This document shows positions 1 to 9,387 of a stretch of DNA of 64,000 nt, in pieces. Positions within the stretch are counted from its first letter, which is position 1. Every line of letters starts with the position of its first letter. Made by a program: the position numbers and the translations under genes. Below the pieces are notes generated by a model. It was not told where the DNA came from, ran no database searches, and saw nothing but the letters and a program-made list of their open reading frames with translations. This DNA is from a virus (lineage: Duplodnaviria > Caudoviricetes). The DNA is taken from the IMG/VR virus record IMGVR_UViG_3300009551_000049, positions 1,196-65,195 of that record. One strand, 5' to 3'.

Positions 1-1996
1 GCACGGGCTTTTACCTTCCGTTCCTGAAACCATAACCCCCCAGAAAGGAGTCCCCAATGCCAGCCAAATCACAAGCCCAGAGAGCGTTCTTGAATCTCAA
101 GTACGGCCACAAGTGGGTGAAGAAACACGGATTCGACAACAAGGGCAAGCTGCCGAAGCACGTCCCGAAAAAACGCAAGTTGTCCCTTCGCCGGTCGAGG
201 CGCAAAGCGTACTAACACCGCCGCCCGCGCCCGAGCCGGTCGTATCACCGACCACCAAGCCGGTTGATGTCATCCAGAAAGTGCTGGCCATTCCGCCAAA
301 GGATTTGATGGCCAGCTTTCCGATGGGTGAAAACAACCTCACAGGCAGTGCGTACCGCCTTGGCCGCAACCTCACAAGCCCTGATGAGCTTACGGCCTTG
401 CAGGACGCCCAGACGGAAACCAAGGCCCGTGTGGACAAGTTCAGGAAAGATGGCGACCTGAACAACGCGATGATTGAAGCCGCGCGCCACCAGTTTTTTA
501 ACGAGGCGTATCAAGCGGCTACCGGCACTGGTAGCGCGAGGCTCGCGCTTGCAAAAGACCCGAACTACAAGCCTCCGTTTCCTGTGCCTGCTGAAAAACA
601 GTCAGCAGTTTCCGTGGCGCAACCAGAAAAAACGCCAGTTGCTTCCGATATTGAGCTTGCACGTCAGACACTAGAAAAAGAAGGCAAACTGACAGTCTCG
701 TTAGTACAGCGCAGAAATAAACTAGGATATGTCAAATCTGCCGCTGCGGTTGATGCGTTGGCTGCGAATGGTGAAATTGTAAAACAGCCGGATGGAACAT
801 GGGTAAAATCTCCTCCACGCGAAATAATCGAGCCATCTCAAGACACCCAAGTTGGCGAAAACGCGGCTGGCGAAAAACTGTACGAGCGCAAGGATGGTTC
901 GAGATACCGGATACAGGGCGGCAAACCCAATTTCGGCGGCGACCTCGCGCCAAAGCCTGCGGTTGAGAAAGCGGCTCCTGTTGCTGCTGAATTGAAAGTT
1001 GGCGATCCAATAAAACTCATGGGTGTTGACAGCGTTCTTGCCGATACGCACACCGAGGACGGGATGAAGTATGAGATTTTCAACGGTGCCGCGCTTGGCG
1101 AGAAAAGGGCGGCGATTCGCGCCACAAACCTCGACACCGGCAACATCACAACCCTCAAGCAGTATCCCGACTACGATGCCGCAATGAAGGATTGGAATGG
1201 CGTGGTGAAGCGCGAAAAGACATGGGAGGAAACCGCCCGTGGCCGCAGCGTCTATAAATCCAACCTCGCCACTGAAAATGCCAAGGATGAAAAAGTCGTT
1301 GCTGCGATGAAGGCCGCGCCTTCGTATCCTAAGTTAAAAGCCGCTTACGATAGATTTCGCCGCAGCTTGTATGGAAAATCGTACAATCCGACAGTCATCG
1401 AAACGAAGCCTTGGGATATGCTGGATTCCAGTTCCGGCGTGATGAACGCCAAAAGCGCGATGGCAAAGACGTTGCGTGAACTGGAAAGCAAAGTGTTCGC
1501 CGAATCTGGATTGCCTCGCAAAAAGCCTGACTCGAAGTTTCGCGGCGGCACGGGTGTTGATTGGGATAAGGTTCAGGTCGAAAAGCCCAAACCCGCCGAA
1601 TCAGCCGCCGTTCCAAACCACATCCAAATTCGTCAGGAGGGCCAGCGTCAATTCGAGTTCGACAACAAGTACGCGAAGCTGATGAAGGCTGGAAAAGGCG
1701 AAAAGGATGCTGCTGCCAACGAGTTTTCACCGGAGGATGCAAAGACTGCACTGGCAAGGCTTGAGGCCGCGCCGGGATTTGATGCAGAGGCAAAGGCATC
1801 ACTTGAGCGTCGAATCGGTGGCGTATCTGAAACCCCCAAACTCGCCGTCGAAAACGGATACGAATCACCCGAGGCGTTCGCCGATGACTTCGCCAAAAAC
1901 CGTGATGCCGAAGTGAACGAAACCGAGGAGGAATTTTTGAACCGGAGGCATTGCATGGGCACCATCCCGAGCCGGAAATCCATGCTCAACGAATAA
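1..1996 (+). CDS. Large virion cargo/ejection-type protein, 5'-truncated by the window, with an internal FtsK-gamma-like winged helix
   Basis: Frame 2 is open from base 2 (HGLLPSVPETITPQKGV...), so the gene starts upstream of the GTG at 113. Rich in Ala/Pro/Glu/Lys. Segment LARQTLEKEGKLTVSLVQRRNKLGYVKSAAAVDALAANGEI matches the FtsK gamma pattern (S.S.LQR.L.IGY.RAA...D.LE..G.V). Confidence 0.7.
   Translation, partial: HGLLPSVPETITPQKGVPNASQITSPESVLESQVRPQVGEETRIRQQGQAAEARPEKTQVVPSPVEAQSVLTPPPAPEPVVSPTTKPVDVIQKVLAIPPKDLMASFPMGENNLTGSAYRLGRNLTSPDELTALQDAQTETKARVDKFRKDGDLNNAMIEAARHQFFNEAYQAATGTGSARLALAKDPNYKPPFPVPAEKQSAVSVAQPEKTPVASDIELARQTLEKEGKLTVSLVQRRNKLGYVKSAAAVDALAANGEIVKQPDGTWVKSPPREIIEPSQDTQVGENAAGEKLYERKDGSRYRIQGGKPNFGGDLAPKPAVEKAAPVAAELKVGDPIKLMGVDSVLADTHTEDGMKYEIFNGAALGEKRAAIRATNLDTGNITTLKQYPDYDAAMKDWNGVVKREKTWEETARGRSVYKSNLATENAKDEKVVAAMKAAPSYPKLKAAYDRFRRSLYGKSYNPTVIETKPWDMLDSSSGVMNAKSAMAKTLRELESKVFAESGLPRKKPDSKFRGGTGVDWDKVQVEKPKPAESAAVPNHIQIRQEGQRQFEFDNKYAKLMKAGKGEKDAAANEFSPEDAKTALARLEAAPGFDAEAKASLERRIGGVSETPKLAVENGYESPEAFADDFAKNRDAEVNETEEEFLNRRHCMGTIPSRKSMLNE
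57..215 (+). CDS. Overprinted 52-aa basic protein MPAKSQAQRAFLNLKYGHKWVKKHGFDNKGKLPKHVPKKRKLSLRRSRRKAY
   Basis: Shine-Dalgarno AAAGGAG at 44-50, ATG at 57, TAA at 213-215. It lies in the +1 frame inside the large ORF. The MPxKSxAQ start is typical of small basic phage proteins. Confidence 0.65.
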   Translation: MPAKSQAQRAFLNLKYGHKWVKKHGFDNKGKLPKHVPKKRKLSLRRSRRKAY

Positions 1997-1997
1997 T

Positions 1998-2378
1998 ATG
2001 AGAATCTTAATCGAAACAATTCCTCACGCATCGCAGGCTTACCCGACTGTGGGCGACTGGCGAAGGGATTCCGATGGCACATTGCACATCAAGGTAAGCG
2101 AAGAAATCGGCGACAAGTTCGCACTGCTGGTGGCCTTGCATGAGCTTATTGAGGTCACACTTTGCGAGGAACGGGGTGTAACTTGCGAACAAGTGGACGC
2201 CTTTGACAAGGAATTCGAGGCCATGCGAAAAGAGGATGATGACAGCGAGCCGGGCGACCACCCAGAAGCCCCGTACCGCAGGGAGCATTTTTTCGCCACC
2301 AGCATTGAACGCCTGATGGCCGCTGAAATGGGCGTTGACTGGCAAGCCTACGATGGCGCAATAATGAAACTGCCATGA
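1998..2378 (+). CDS. Small HExxE putative metal-binding/zincin-like protein
   Basis: Motif ALHELIE plus downstream EPGDHPEAPYRREHFFATSIE; its stop overlaps the next start (ATGA). Confidence 0.7.
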   Translation: MRILIETIPHASQAYPTVGDWRRDSDGTLHIKVSEEIGDKFALLVALHELIEVTLCEERGVTCEQVDAFDKEFEAMRKEDDDSEPGDHPEAPYRREHFFATSIERLMAAEMGVDWQAYDGAIMKLP

Positions 2379-3676
2379 GCGAAGATTTATCAAGCAGGAC
2401 TTTTTGCGTTTTTGACCACTTTGGTTTGTTTGTGGGTTTGGCCCAACGGCTTTCCGAAAGTGGGGCGCGCGTCCTATACTGTACTCCCGTGGATCGGTAT
2501 GACCGCATCACCGAGGCGGCGGTAGGCGAGGGGCTGAAAGGAATCGAACACGTTGAGGAGTTTTGGAAGTACAAAAGCGAAATCGACTGCTTTGTTTTTC
2601 CTGACATCCGGCACAGCGGACTTCAAAGCGAACTTCGGTCACAGGGGCTACCCGTCTGGGGAAGCCATGACGGGATGGAGCTAGAACAGGCCCGCATCTT
2701 TTTCCTTAAAAAACTCGACGAGCTTGGGTTGGACGTTCCGCCATACCAAGTCATCGTCGGCATGACAAATTTAGGCCTTTTCCTGAAGGATAAAAAAGAC
2801 ATCTGGATAAAAACCTCGAAGTGGCGCGGCACATGGGAAACAACCCATTGGCGGGACTGGAAAAAAGACCACCAGCGGCTTGATTACTGGTCTGTGAAAT
2901 ATGGCGGACTCAAAGAGCAGATAAAATTTATCTGCTTCGAGAAAATCGAAACCGACCTTGAAATTGGTGCCGATACATATTGCGTGGACGGTCAATGGCC
3001 ATCGCATATGCTTCACGGCATCGAGCGCAAAGATGCCGCCTATTTTTCAGCCGTCACCGAACGCGAAAAGATGCCAGAACAGCTATTGCCCATCATGGAG
3101 GCGTTGTCGCCGTATCTCAAAGAGGTCGGTTATCGCAACCAATGGAGCATGGAGGTTCGGGTTACGAAGGACAAAAATTACTTCATTGATGCCACCTGTC
3201 GTGGCGGGTTGCCTTCCACCAATAGCTTTCTCGCGGCAAAGAACGTGGCCGAGGTAATCTATTATGGTGCGCGCGGCGAATTCGTTGAGATTGATTACGG
3301 CTTCAAATTCAGCGCAGAGTGCATGGTAAACGCCAAGGCTGACTCCGACACTTGGATTTCGCTGGAGCTTGACCCGAAGGTGCGGGCCAACTTTTTGGCC
3401 CAACAATGTTGTGAAGAAGACGGGCTGCTCTGGTATCCCCCGCTGGACGGTGGTGGCAATAACCTCGGCTGGCTCCGGTCGGTCGGTAACACGCCCAAGG
3501 AGGTTCTTGAAAATATGAACAAGCTGGCGGATGCCCTGCCGGACGGCGTTGATGCCCAAGTCGAGGAGCTGGCGGATGTCATCCGTGAAATAGCGTCCGA
3601 ACAGGATCAAGGGATTCATTTCACCGATGCCCCGATGCCCGAACCAAGCGTAGTGCTTGAACCCTCCAAAAAATGA
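2375..3676 (+). CDS. ATP-grasp ligase, phosphoribosylamine-glycine ligase (PurD)-like
   Basis: LPVWGSHDGMELEQARIFFLKKLDELGLDVPPY, WIK, FEKIETDLEIG, GIERKD and FIDATCRGGLP follow the GARS/ATP-grasp pattern. Confidence 0.75.
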   Translation: MSEDLSSRTFCVFDHFGLFVGLAQRLSESGARVLYCTPVDRYDRITEAAVGEGLKGIEHVEEFWKYKSEIDCFVFPDIRHSGLQSELRSQGLPVWGSHDGMELEQARIFFLKKLDELGLDVPPYQVIVGMTNLGLFLKDKKDIWIKTSKWRGTWETTHWRDWKKDHQRLDYWSVKYGGLKEQIKFICFEKIETDLEIGADTYCVDGQWPSHMLHGIERKDAAYFSAVTEREKMPEQLLPIMEALSPYLKEVGYRNQWSMEVRVTKDKNYFIDATCRGGLPSTNSFLAAKNVAEVIYYGARGEFVEIDYGFKFSAECMVNAKADSDTWISLELDPKVRANFLAQQCCEEDGLLWYPPLDGGGNNLGWLRSVGNTPKEVLENMNKLADALPDGVDAQVEELADVIREIASEQDQGIHFTDAPMPEPSVVLEPSKK

Positions 3677-3837
3677 GCAGAATGCCTATATTAAAAAATA
3701 CCTGCGTCGTCCGCTGCGAGTGCGGATGCAAGCGCGATGTACGAACCAGTCCGCGCTGGCTAAAGAGCGGCAGGCATGTTTTCTTTGAGAAAGCCTGCAA
3801 TATAAGATTCAATAGTGAACATCCGAACAAGCCATAA
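3673..3837 (+). CDS. 54-aa Cys-rich protein MSRMPILKNTCVVRCECGCKRDVRTS..., possible Zn ribbon
   Basis: Translated by hand. ATGA overlap upstream and TAATG overlap downstream; fills the gap exactly. Confidence 0.65.
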   Translation: MSRMPILKNTCVVRCECGCKRDVRTSPRWLKSGRHVFFEKACNIRFNSEHPNKP

Positions 3838-6800
3838 TGATTAAGTGTCCTCCAAAAAATTACGCTTTCGGCCTGCTCAAAAGCGGCCTCGGTGAAGCCC
3901 GCGCCCACATCGCCTACCAACGCAATGGATTTGAAGTGCCTGAAATTGAGAAGGCGTTGGACTTGCTTGGAATGGACAAAGAGGCATGGCGCGACAGCAA
4001 AGGCCGCACACTGCATCAGGTGAAAGCTCTGAACGCTACTGCTAAAACTGTTCGTGAATCTGGGGGGCCGATTCTTCCAAAATCTGAACCATCCGCACCT
4101 TCTGGAATTGCCCCAGAATCAAAAGTGCGCGTAGGCAAAGACCCGAGGCTTCACACCGTGGTTCGGGAGCTTCCAAAGTCACAAGGCGACCTGCCGGACG
4201 AGAAATTTTATGAAGTCAGAAACGACAAAACCGGAGAAGTCCAGACGGTCGAATCGAAAGACATTACGCCCGTCACTGAGCGGACTGCTGCTGAAAAATC
4301 TGCTGTTAAGCCCGATAGCCTTGACGACCAATTGCGGTCATACAAGCTCGACCCATCAGCATTCCCAGACGCCGCCAGCAAGCGGGCCGCACTGAAGCGG
4401 GCGAAAGCCACATCCGAACCGGCGGCAAATCTCGGAGAAGGCTTGCCCGCCGGTCAAGGTTCATCTGATGCCCAGATACTTGAATCAATCAAGGGCGAGC
4501 CTACTCACGGATTCAGGGTCAATGTCATCTCGCGGGATCAGGCCGAACAAATCACCAGCAGGCCCGAGGCGCGCGGCTACGGCGGTTTCTTTGGTAACGG
4601 CGAAATCTATTTCGTGCGCGAGAACGTGAACACGAAAAATCCCGAGCTGGTACGCCAGTTGTTACGGGAGGAAATCGGCCACGGACTTTTACGCACCGAG
4701 AACGGGGCTAAATTGCTGGAAGAAGTCTTTGGCCGCGCCCGCCGTGAATTGACGGAGGCTGAAAAGGCTCCGCTCCGTGCCGCTGGTTACAAAGAGCATC
4801 AGTTGCTTGACGAGTTCATTGCCAAGTCAGCGCGGGAGAACCGGCCTTGGTGGTCGGAGGTCATTCTTACCATCAAGTCTTGGCTGGCCAAGCTCGGGTT
4901 GAATCTTTCCAACGAAGATGCCGCCCGCTTGCTGCTACGTCGAATCAAGGAAAATCAATCCAGTCAAATTGAAGGCGTCGACATTGCACCGGGCCAGCCC
5001 GTGCCACCGGACGAAGCCTTGGATGAAGAAAAACCACCCACGATCCAGATTGCCGGTCGCACCTATGTTGTCCCAGATGAAACGCTGATTGCGTCCAAGT
5101 TCACACCTGAACAGATTGAAGACGGCAAGAAACGCGCAACCGCCGTTGCCGCTAGTCTTAAACTTCCGGGCAACGTGGATACGCGCGCAGACGGCTCGCT
5201 TTTCAACGTGGACGGCGACTCCAATGTTGGCAGCGATGGCAAGCCGGTTTTCGACTATTCCACCGAAGTCAGCAGGCTGCGCGATGAGCTTGTCAAAGCG
5301 CATCAGGCCAACGACGAGGTTTTGACCGCCCAGTTGGTCAAGCTTATCAATTACAACCACGATGAGTGGCCAAAGCTAGTGGCCAAGCCGCTGGCGGATG
5401 AATTGAGGGGGCTGGCGGCGGCAAAGTCGAGCTTCTATGGCCAAATGTTGCGGATGATAAAGGGCGCGGCGGTGTCGAAAGACCTGCGCTCCATCGCCCG
5501 TAATCTTGATTTCTCACTGAAGCGTCTTTACTCCGCCAATTTCGGGGGCGATGCGTATGAGACTTTTGTAAGCCGTATCATACAAAACTTTCGTGACTAT
5601 TTCACGCCCGAGCAGTTGGACAAATTTGGCACCGACAATCCCAATCTGGTGGAACAGGTTGAATTGCTGGCCGCGACCGCACGGGCGGAAACTGCGAACC
5701 GGCTGTACCGCCAGATTCAGTCCAAGCTGAACCCTAAGAATATCACGCCCGCCAAGCTCGAAAAAAATGCCATCGCGCGCGAGGAATTCGAGGCCTTGAT
5801 TCAGCAGCTTGAAAAAATCGGCGTGGACATCCCCGAGAAAAAGAACGCGAAGATGTCCGCGCGCGAAAAACTGCTGTTGCTGGTCAAAGACAAAACCATC
5901 GAGAAGGTGAATGCCGATGTCGAAGCGGCCATCAAATACGGTTTGAGCGAAGCGGGCAAACAGGCTGCTCGCAATGAACTGCTGGGCAACAAGGCCGCTA
6001 TCGAGGAGCTGGATGCGCGCTACCTTGCGGGCGAGGAACCGACGCCAGAGCAGATTACCAAGGGTCTTGAGTTACAGGCTTTCCGTGGCATCAAAGGGCT
6101 GCGCGATACATGGCTTAGTTATGATCCGGTGACGACCAAGCTGGTACAGGACATTGTTAAGGGCGATTTCAAGGGCGTTCGTTTCGGCATTCCGAAAAAG
6201 CAGCCGGTGGACACCCGTTTGAGCCTGACGGAACTGGCCAAGCAGCCGGATGCCGAGATTACCCGCGTTCTGGATGCGTACCTGAAGAACATCGAGGACA
6301 ATCTGGACATCGCGGGCGCATCGCCGGAAACACGCCAGCGCATCCGTGACACGGTTCAAAAACAGGTTGCCGACCAGATTGAAAACGTCATCCGCCCCAA
6401 GGTGCGCGACATCATGTTTAGCGCGCCCAAGGAAAAAGGCTCGGCCAAGACTGACGAGCAAAAGCTGGCGGAGCAAATCAACGCCGGGTTGTTCAAGGAT
6501 GAACGGCTGAAGGTACCGGAGATGGTTGAGCACGTGGCGGGCAAGAGCCTTGTCAAAAAATTAACGCCGAAAGTTGGCGATTTGGCACGGGTTATTCTGG
6601 ATACGCCATCGTTCAAGCAGGCGGACATGGAGAAGCAGATTGCCGACAAGGTTGTTTCCGACCTCGGAGTTACACCCGATCAGGCTGAGAATCTTGCCAA
6701 AGTCATTTACGCTTCGCTGAAGCCGAAGATTACCGAGGCCCGCGCTGCCGCCCAAGAAAAAGCGGTGAAGTCGATGACACCGCGTGAGCAGGCGGTGATT

Positions 6801-9362
6801 CCAAAGACGGATACAAAGCTGTGGGACAACATCACCCAGTTTTTCAACGCCGGGGGCAAGGACTACGAGGAACTGCTGAAGCGTGTTGCCGTCATTCGCG
6901 GTCTGCCCGTGCCATCCGCTGTTGAGATGGCCAAAATGAAGGCTTTGGCGGACAAAATCGACCGCCTCACAAATTTAAGCCCCGATGCGGAGGAAAAAAT
7001 CCGCAACGATTCCAGCTTGAATGATGCGGAAAAGGCACAGGCGATTGATAACGAGCGCAACAAAATCGAGGCCATCAACGCCTCTGAAATTGGACGCGCC
7101 ACCCGTCAAATGGCCGTGGAATGGGCGAAGTTCTCGAAGCCGTACAACTGGCTTCAAAAGCGCAATATCGCCGATGCCGGATACGAGCTGGCCACGGCCA
7201 ACCTGCTGGCAAAATTCGGATTCCCCATCCGGCTGGCAACGCATATCACGACCCAGTTGCTTGTCAGGACGCCCATTCGTCCGCTGGCCGTAGCATTGGA
7301 ACAGTTTTATGCCGACCGTGCGGCGGGCAAGCAGACCGAATTTTTCTCTGACGCCTACAACGCTGTCAGGGAGACTTTTGACCAGACTTTCAAGGCCGTG
7401 CCGCAAGCCCTGCGGGCAGGCCGGTCACAGTTGACCGCGCGCGGCGAAGTAAACTCGTCGCGGCTAGCGGCGGGTGTCAACGCACTGGAACGCATGGCGA
7501 CACAGGCCAAGGAATACGCGAAGAAGGGCGATTATGTCCGGGCGACCATGCTTTATACCGTGGCCTCGCTGCGGATGGCCCAGCGTGTTGTCAGCGGCAT
7601 CGACGCTTTTCAGGGCGAGTTCGTCGAGATGCAGGAATTGAGGCATCAAATTTTCATCGAACTGGCCAAGCAGGGAAAATCCCGCGCGGAAATCGAGATG
7701 CAGATGGAAAACATCTTCGGCAGCATGGCTGCGGACTGGGCCATTGCACTGGCCGATGCCCGCCGTGGATTTGACGAGTTCGACATCCTGAAGGACTCCA
7801 AAAACTTCGTGCGCGAACAGGCGTTGACCGAGGCGGCTGACCGGCTGTTGAAAGAGCGGATGTATCAAAAGGCCGAACTGATGGGTTTGCCCTCGGACTC
7901 GATGCGGGCGTACATCCTGCGACAGCGCATGGCGGAGGCTTGGCAGACGGCGACAAAGACAGGGTTGGGCGGTGCGCTCACCAAGGGCATGGTAGCCGCC
8001 CGTCAGTTTGCAACCGAAAAAGGCCTGCCATTCCTGCCTGTGGAATTCTCTAACGCGATTGGCGCGGGTGTGAATTATCACCTGATGCTCACCCCGTTCT
8101 ACAAGCTCGCGCTGGGCAAGGTCGATGCCGCCGGGGTCGGCGAGTCCGCTTGGAACGAAACCCGGCTGGATCGGACAAACCGGCAGCTCATGGCCCTTGC
8201 CGGAACCATGCTGGGGGGCACGATGGCCGCGCTGGTGCTATCCGGCCAGCTCCGGGTGCAACTCCACAGCCCAACGGACAAGAAAGAGCGCGAGAAGTTT
8301 ATTGCCGAGGGCCACAAGGTCGGTACGGTCGAATGGATGCTGCCGGATGGCAACTTCATACCCTTCAGCCTCACCGTGGGGCCGTTCTCGCTCGTTTCGC
8401 CGTATCTGGCGGCAGCGGGCCAAACCGTGCATCTGGTACAGTCACGGGAGAAGAAGCAGGCCGCTCTGGACGCGCAGGCGGCTAAGACCGGCCTTCCAGC
8501 GGGCAAGATAGACCCTGTGACAGTAACGGACGTTCTGGGCGTGGCCGGGCAGGCTGTATGGGCCTCCCTGCTTGGTGGCTCGACCGCCGGGGGCTTGGTG
8601 TCGTCTTACTCCGAATTCCAGACTCCGAATGCTAATAAGGCGGTTTCCGCCACGATTGCCCCGCTCCTGCCGTACATTCCCATGCTTCAGGAGGTATCGC
8701 GCATGATTGGCGTGGGGCTGGACTCCAAGACCGCCACGGTCTTTGACTACCTGCTTCCGCTGCCAACGTCAGGCGCACGGGCCATCAACGCGCTGGGCGA
8801 CCCTGTACGAACGCCGGATGCTATCCAGAGAGTCATTCAGGCGATTACTGCCGGAACATACCCCGGCATCGTTTCCAGCAAACCGGACGAATCGTATGAT
8901 TATGAGACACGCTCGGCATATTCTGCCCTGCTGGCCACCAGATACGCCCCGCCGGAGATAAATCCGGCCAAAGGGTACGCTATCGGCGGCACCTTCAGGC
9001 CAATGACCCAGCCCGAGCTTGAGCAGTACACGGAATTGCGCGGGCAATACCTGAAAGAGAATCTGGCAGCACTCGGAGCCAGCGCGACCAAGCAACAGGT
9101 CAGGGCCGCGTATCAGCAGGCCAACGCGCAGGCTTTGACTGACATGGGTATCACCACCGCGCGATCCACGGCGGCGACCTCTGGGACTGCTGCCGCGGCA
9201 CCCGCCGGACAGCGCAGGCTGTCCCTTGGCCGGAGCCGGTCGAGCGGGCTGAAAGTCAGCCTAAAAAAACTTCACCGCACAAAAATTCGCAGACCGCGTT
9301 CACTTCGCCTGCGTAGCTCCAAAAAATCGCGCCTGCATCGTCCAAAATTAAGCTTTACATGA
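3837..9362 (+). CDS. Giant (1841 aa) virion cargo/ejection or large polyvalent protein
   Basis: Very long, helical and Ala-rich. Degenerate zincin segment LLREEIGHGLL...LLDEFIAK...WWSEV; hydrophobic segments near the C-terminus; Arg/Lys/Ser-rich tail. Confidence 0.7.
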   Translation: MIKCPPKNYAFGLLKSGLGEARAHIAYQRNGFEVPEIEKALDLLGMDKEAWRDSKGRTLHQVKALNATAKTVRESGGPILPKSEPSAPSGIAPESKVRVGKDPRLHTVVRELPKSQGDLPDEKFYEVRNDKTGEVQTVESKDITPVTERTAAEKSAVKPDSLDDQLRSYKLDPSAFPDAASKRAALKRAKATSEPAANLGEGLPAGQGSSDAQILESIKGEPTHGFRVNVISRDQAEQITSRPEARGYGGFFGNGEIYFVRENVNTKNPELVRQLLREEIGHGLLRTENGAKLLEEVFGRARRELTEAEKAPLRAAGYKEHQLLDEFIAKSARENRPWWSEVILTIKSWLAKLGLNLSNEDAARLLLRRIKENQSSQIEGVDIAPGQPVPPDEALDEEKPPTIQIAGRTYVVPDETLIASKFTPEQIEDGKKRATAVAASLKLPGNVDTRADGSLFNVDGDSNVGSDGKPVFDYSTEVSRLRDELVKAHQANDEVLTAQLVKLINYNHDEWPKLVAKPLADELRGLAAAKSSFYGQMLRMIKGAAVSKDLRSIARNLDFSLKRLYSANFGGDAYETFVSRIIQNFRDYFTPEQLDKFGTDNPNLVEQVELLAATARAETANRLYRQIQSKLNPKNITPAKLEKNAIAREEFEALIQQLEKIGVDIPEKKNAKMSAREKLLLLVKDKTIEKVNADVEAAIKYGLSEAGKQAARNELLGNKAAIEELDARYLAGEEPTPEQITKGLELQAFRGIKGLRDTWLSYDPVTTKLVQDIVKGDFKGVRFGIPKKQPVDTRLSLTELAKQPDAEITRVLDAYLKNIEDNLDIAGASPETRQRIRDTVQKQVADQIENVIRPKVRDIMFSAPKEKGSAKTDEQKLAEQINAGLFKDERLKVPEMVEHVAGKSLVKKLTPKVGDLARVILDTPSFKQADMEKQIADKVVSDLGVTPDQAENLAKVIYASLKPKITEARAAAQEKAVKSMTPREQAVIPKTDTKLWDNITQFFNAGGKDYEELLKRVAVIRGLPVPSAVEMAKMKALADKIDRLTNLSPDAEEKIRNDSSLNDAEKAQAIDNERNKIEAINASEIGRATRQMAVEWAKFSKPYNWLQKRNIADAGYELATANLLAKFGFPIRLATHITTQLLVRTPIRPLAVALEQFYADRAAGKQTEFFSDAYNAVRETFDQTFKAVPQALRAGRSQLTARGEVNSSRLAAGVNALERMATQAKEYAKKGDYVRATMLYTVASLRMAQRVVSGIDAFQGEFVEMQELRHQIFIELAKQGKSRAEIEMQMENIFGSMAADWAIALADARRGFDEFDILKDSKNFVREQALTEAADRLLKERMYQKAELMGLPSDSMRAYILRQRMAEAWQTATKTGLGGALTKGMVAARQFATEKGLPFLPVEFSNAIGAGVNYHLMLTPFYKLALGKVDAAGVGESAWNETRLDRTNRQLMALAGTMLGGTMAALVLSGQLRVQLHSPTDKKEREKFIAEGHKVGTVEWMLPDGNFIPFSLTVGPFSLVSPYLAAAGQTVHLVQSREKKQAALDAQAAKTGLPAGKIDPVTVTDVLGVAGQAVWASLLGGSTAGGLVSSYSEFQTPNANKAVSATIAPLLPYIPMLQEVSRMIGVGLDSKTATVFDYLLPLPTSGARAINALGDPVRTPDAIQRVIQAITAGTYPGIVSSKPDESYDYETRSAYSALLATRYAPPEINPAKGYAIGGTFRPMTQPELEQYTELRGQYLKENLAALGASATKQQVRAAYQQANAQALTDMGITTARSTAATSGTAAAAPAGQRRLSLGRSRSSGLKVSLKKLHRTKIRRPRSLRLRSSKKSRLHRPKLSFT

Positions 9363-9383
9363 CCGTGCAACTTTTGGCATGGT
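9352..9383 (+). promoter_or_regulatory. Putative promoter for the RNA array (TTTACA ... TGGCATGGT)
   Basis: TGGCAYGGT at 9375-9383 lies within the imperfect palindrome ACCGTGCAACTTTTGGCATGGT; the same motif precedes four other starts. Confidence 0.5.
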
Positions 9384-9387
9384 TGAA

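Noticed and set aside
2375-3676. Calling the ATP-grasp gene purD
   Set aside because: Only the ATP-grasp core is recognisable, the Gly-rich PurD N-terminal motif is absent, and there is no purine pathway context.
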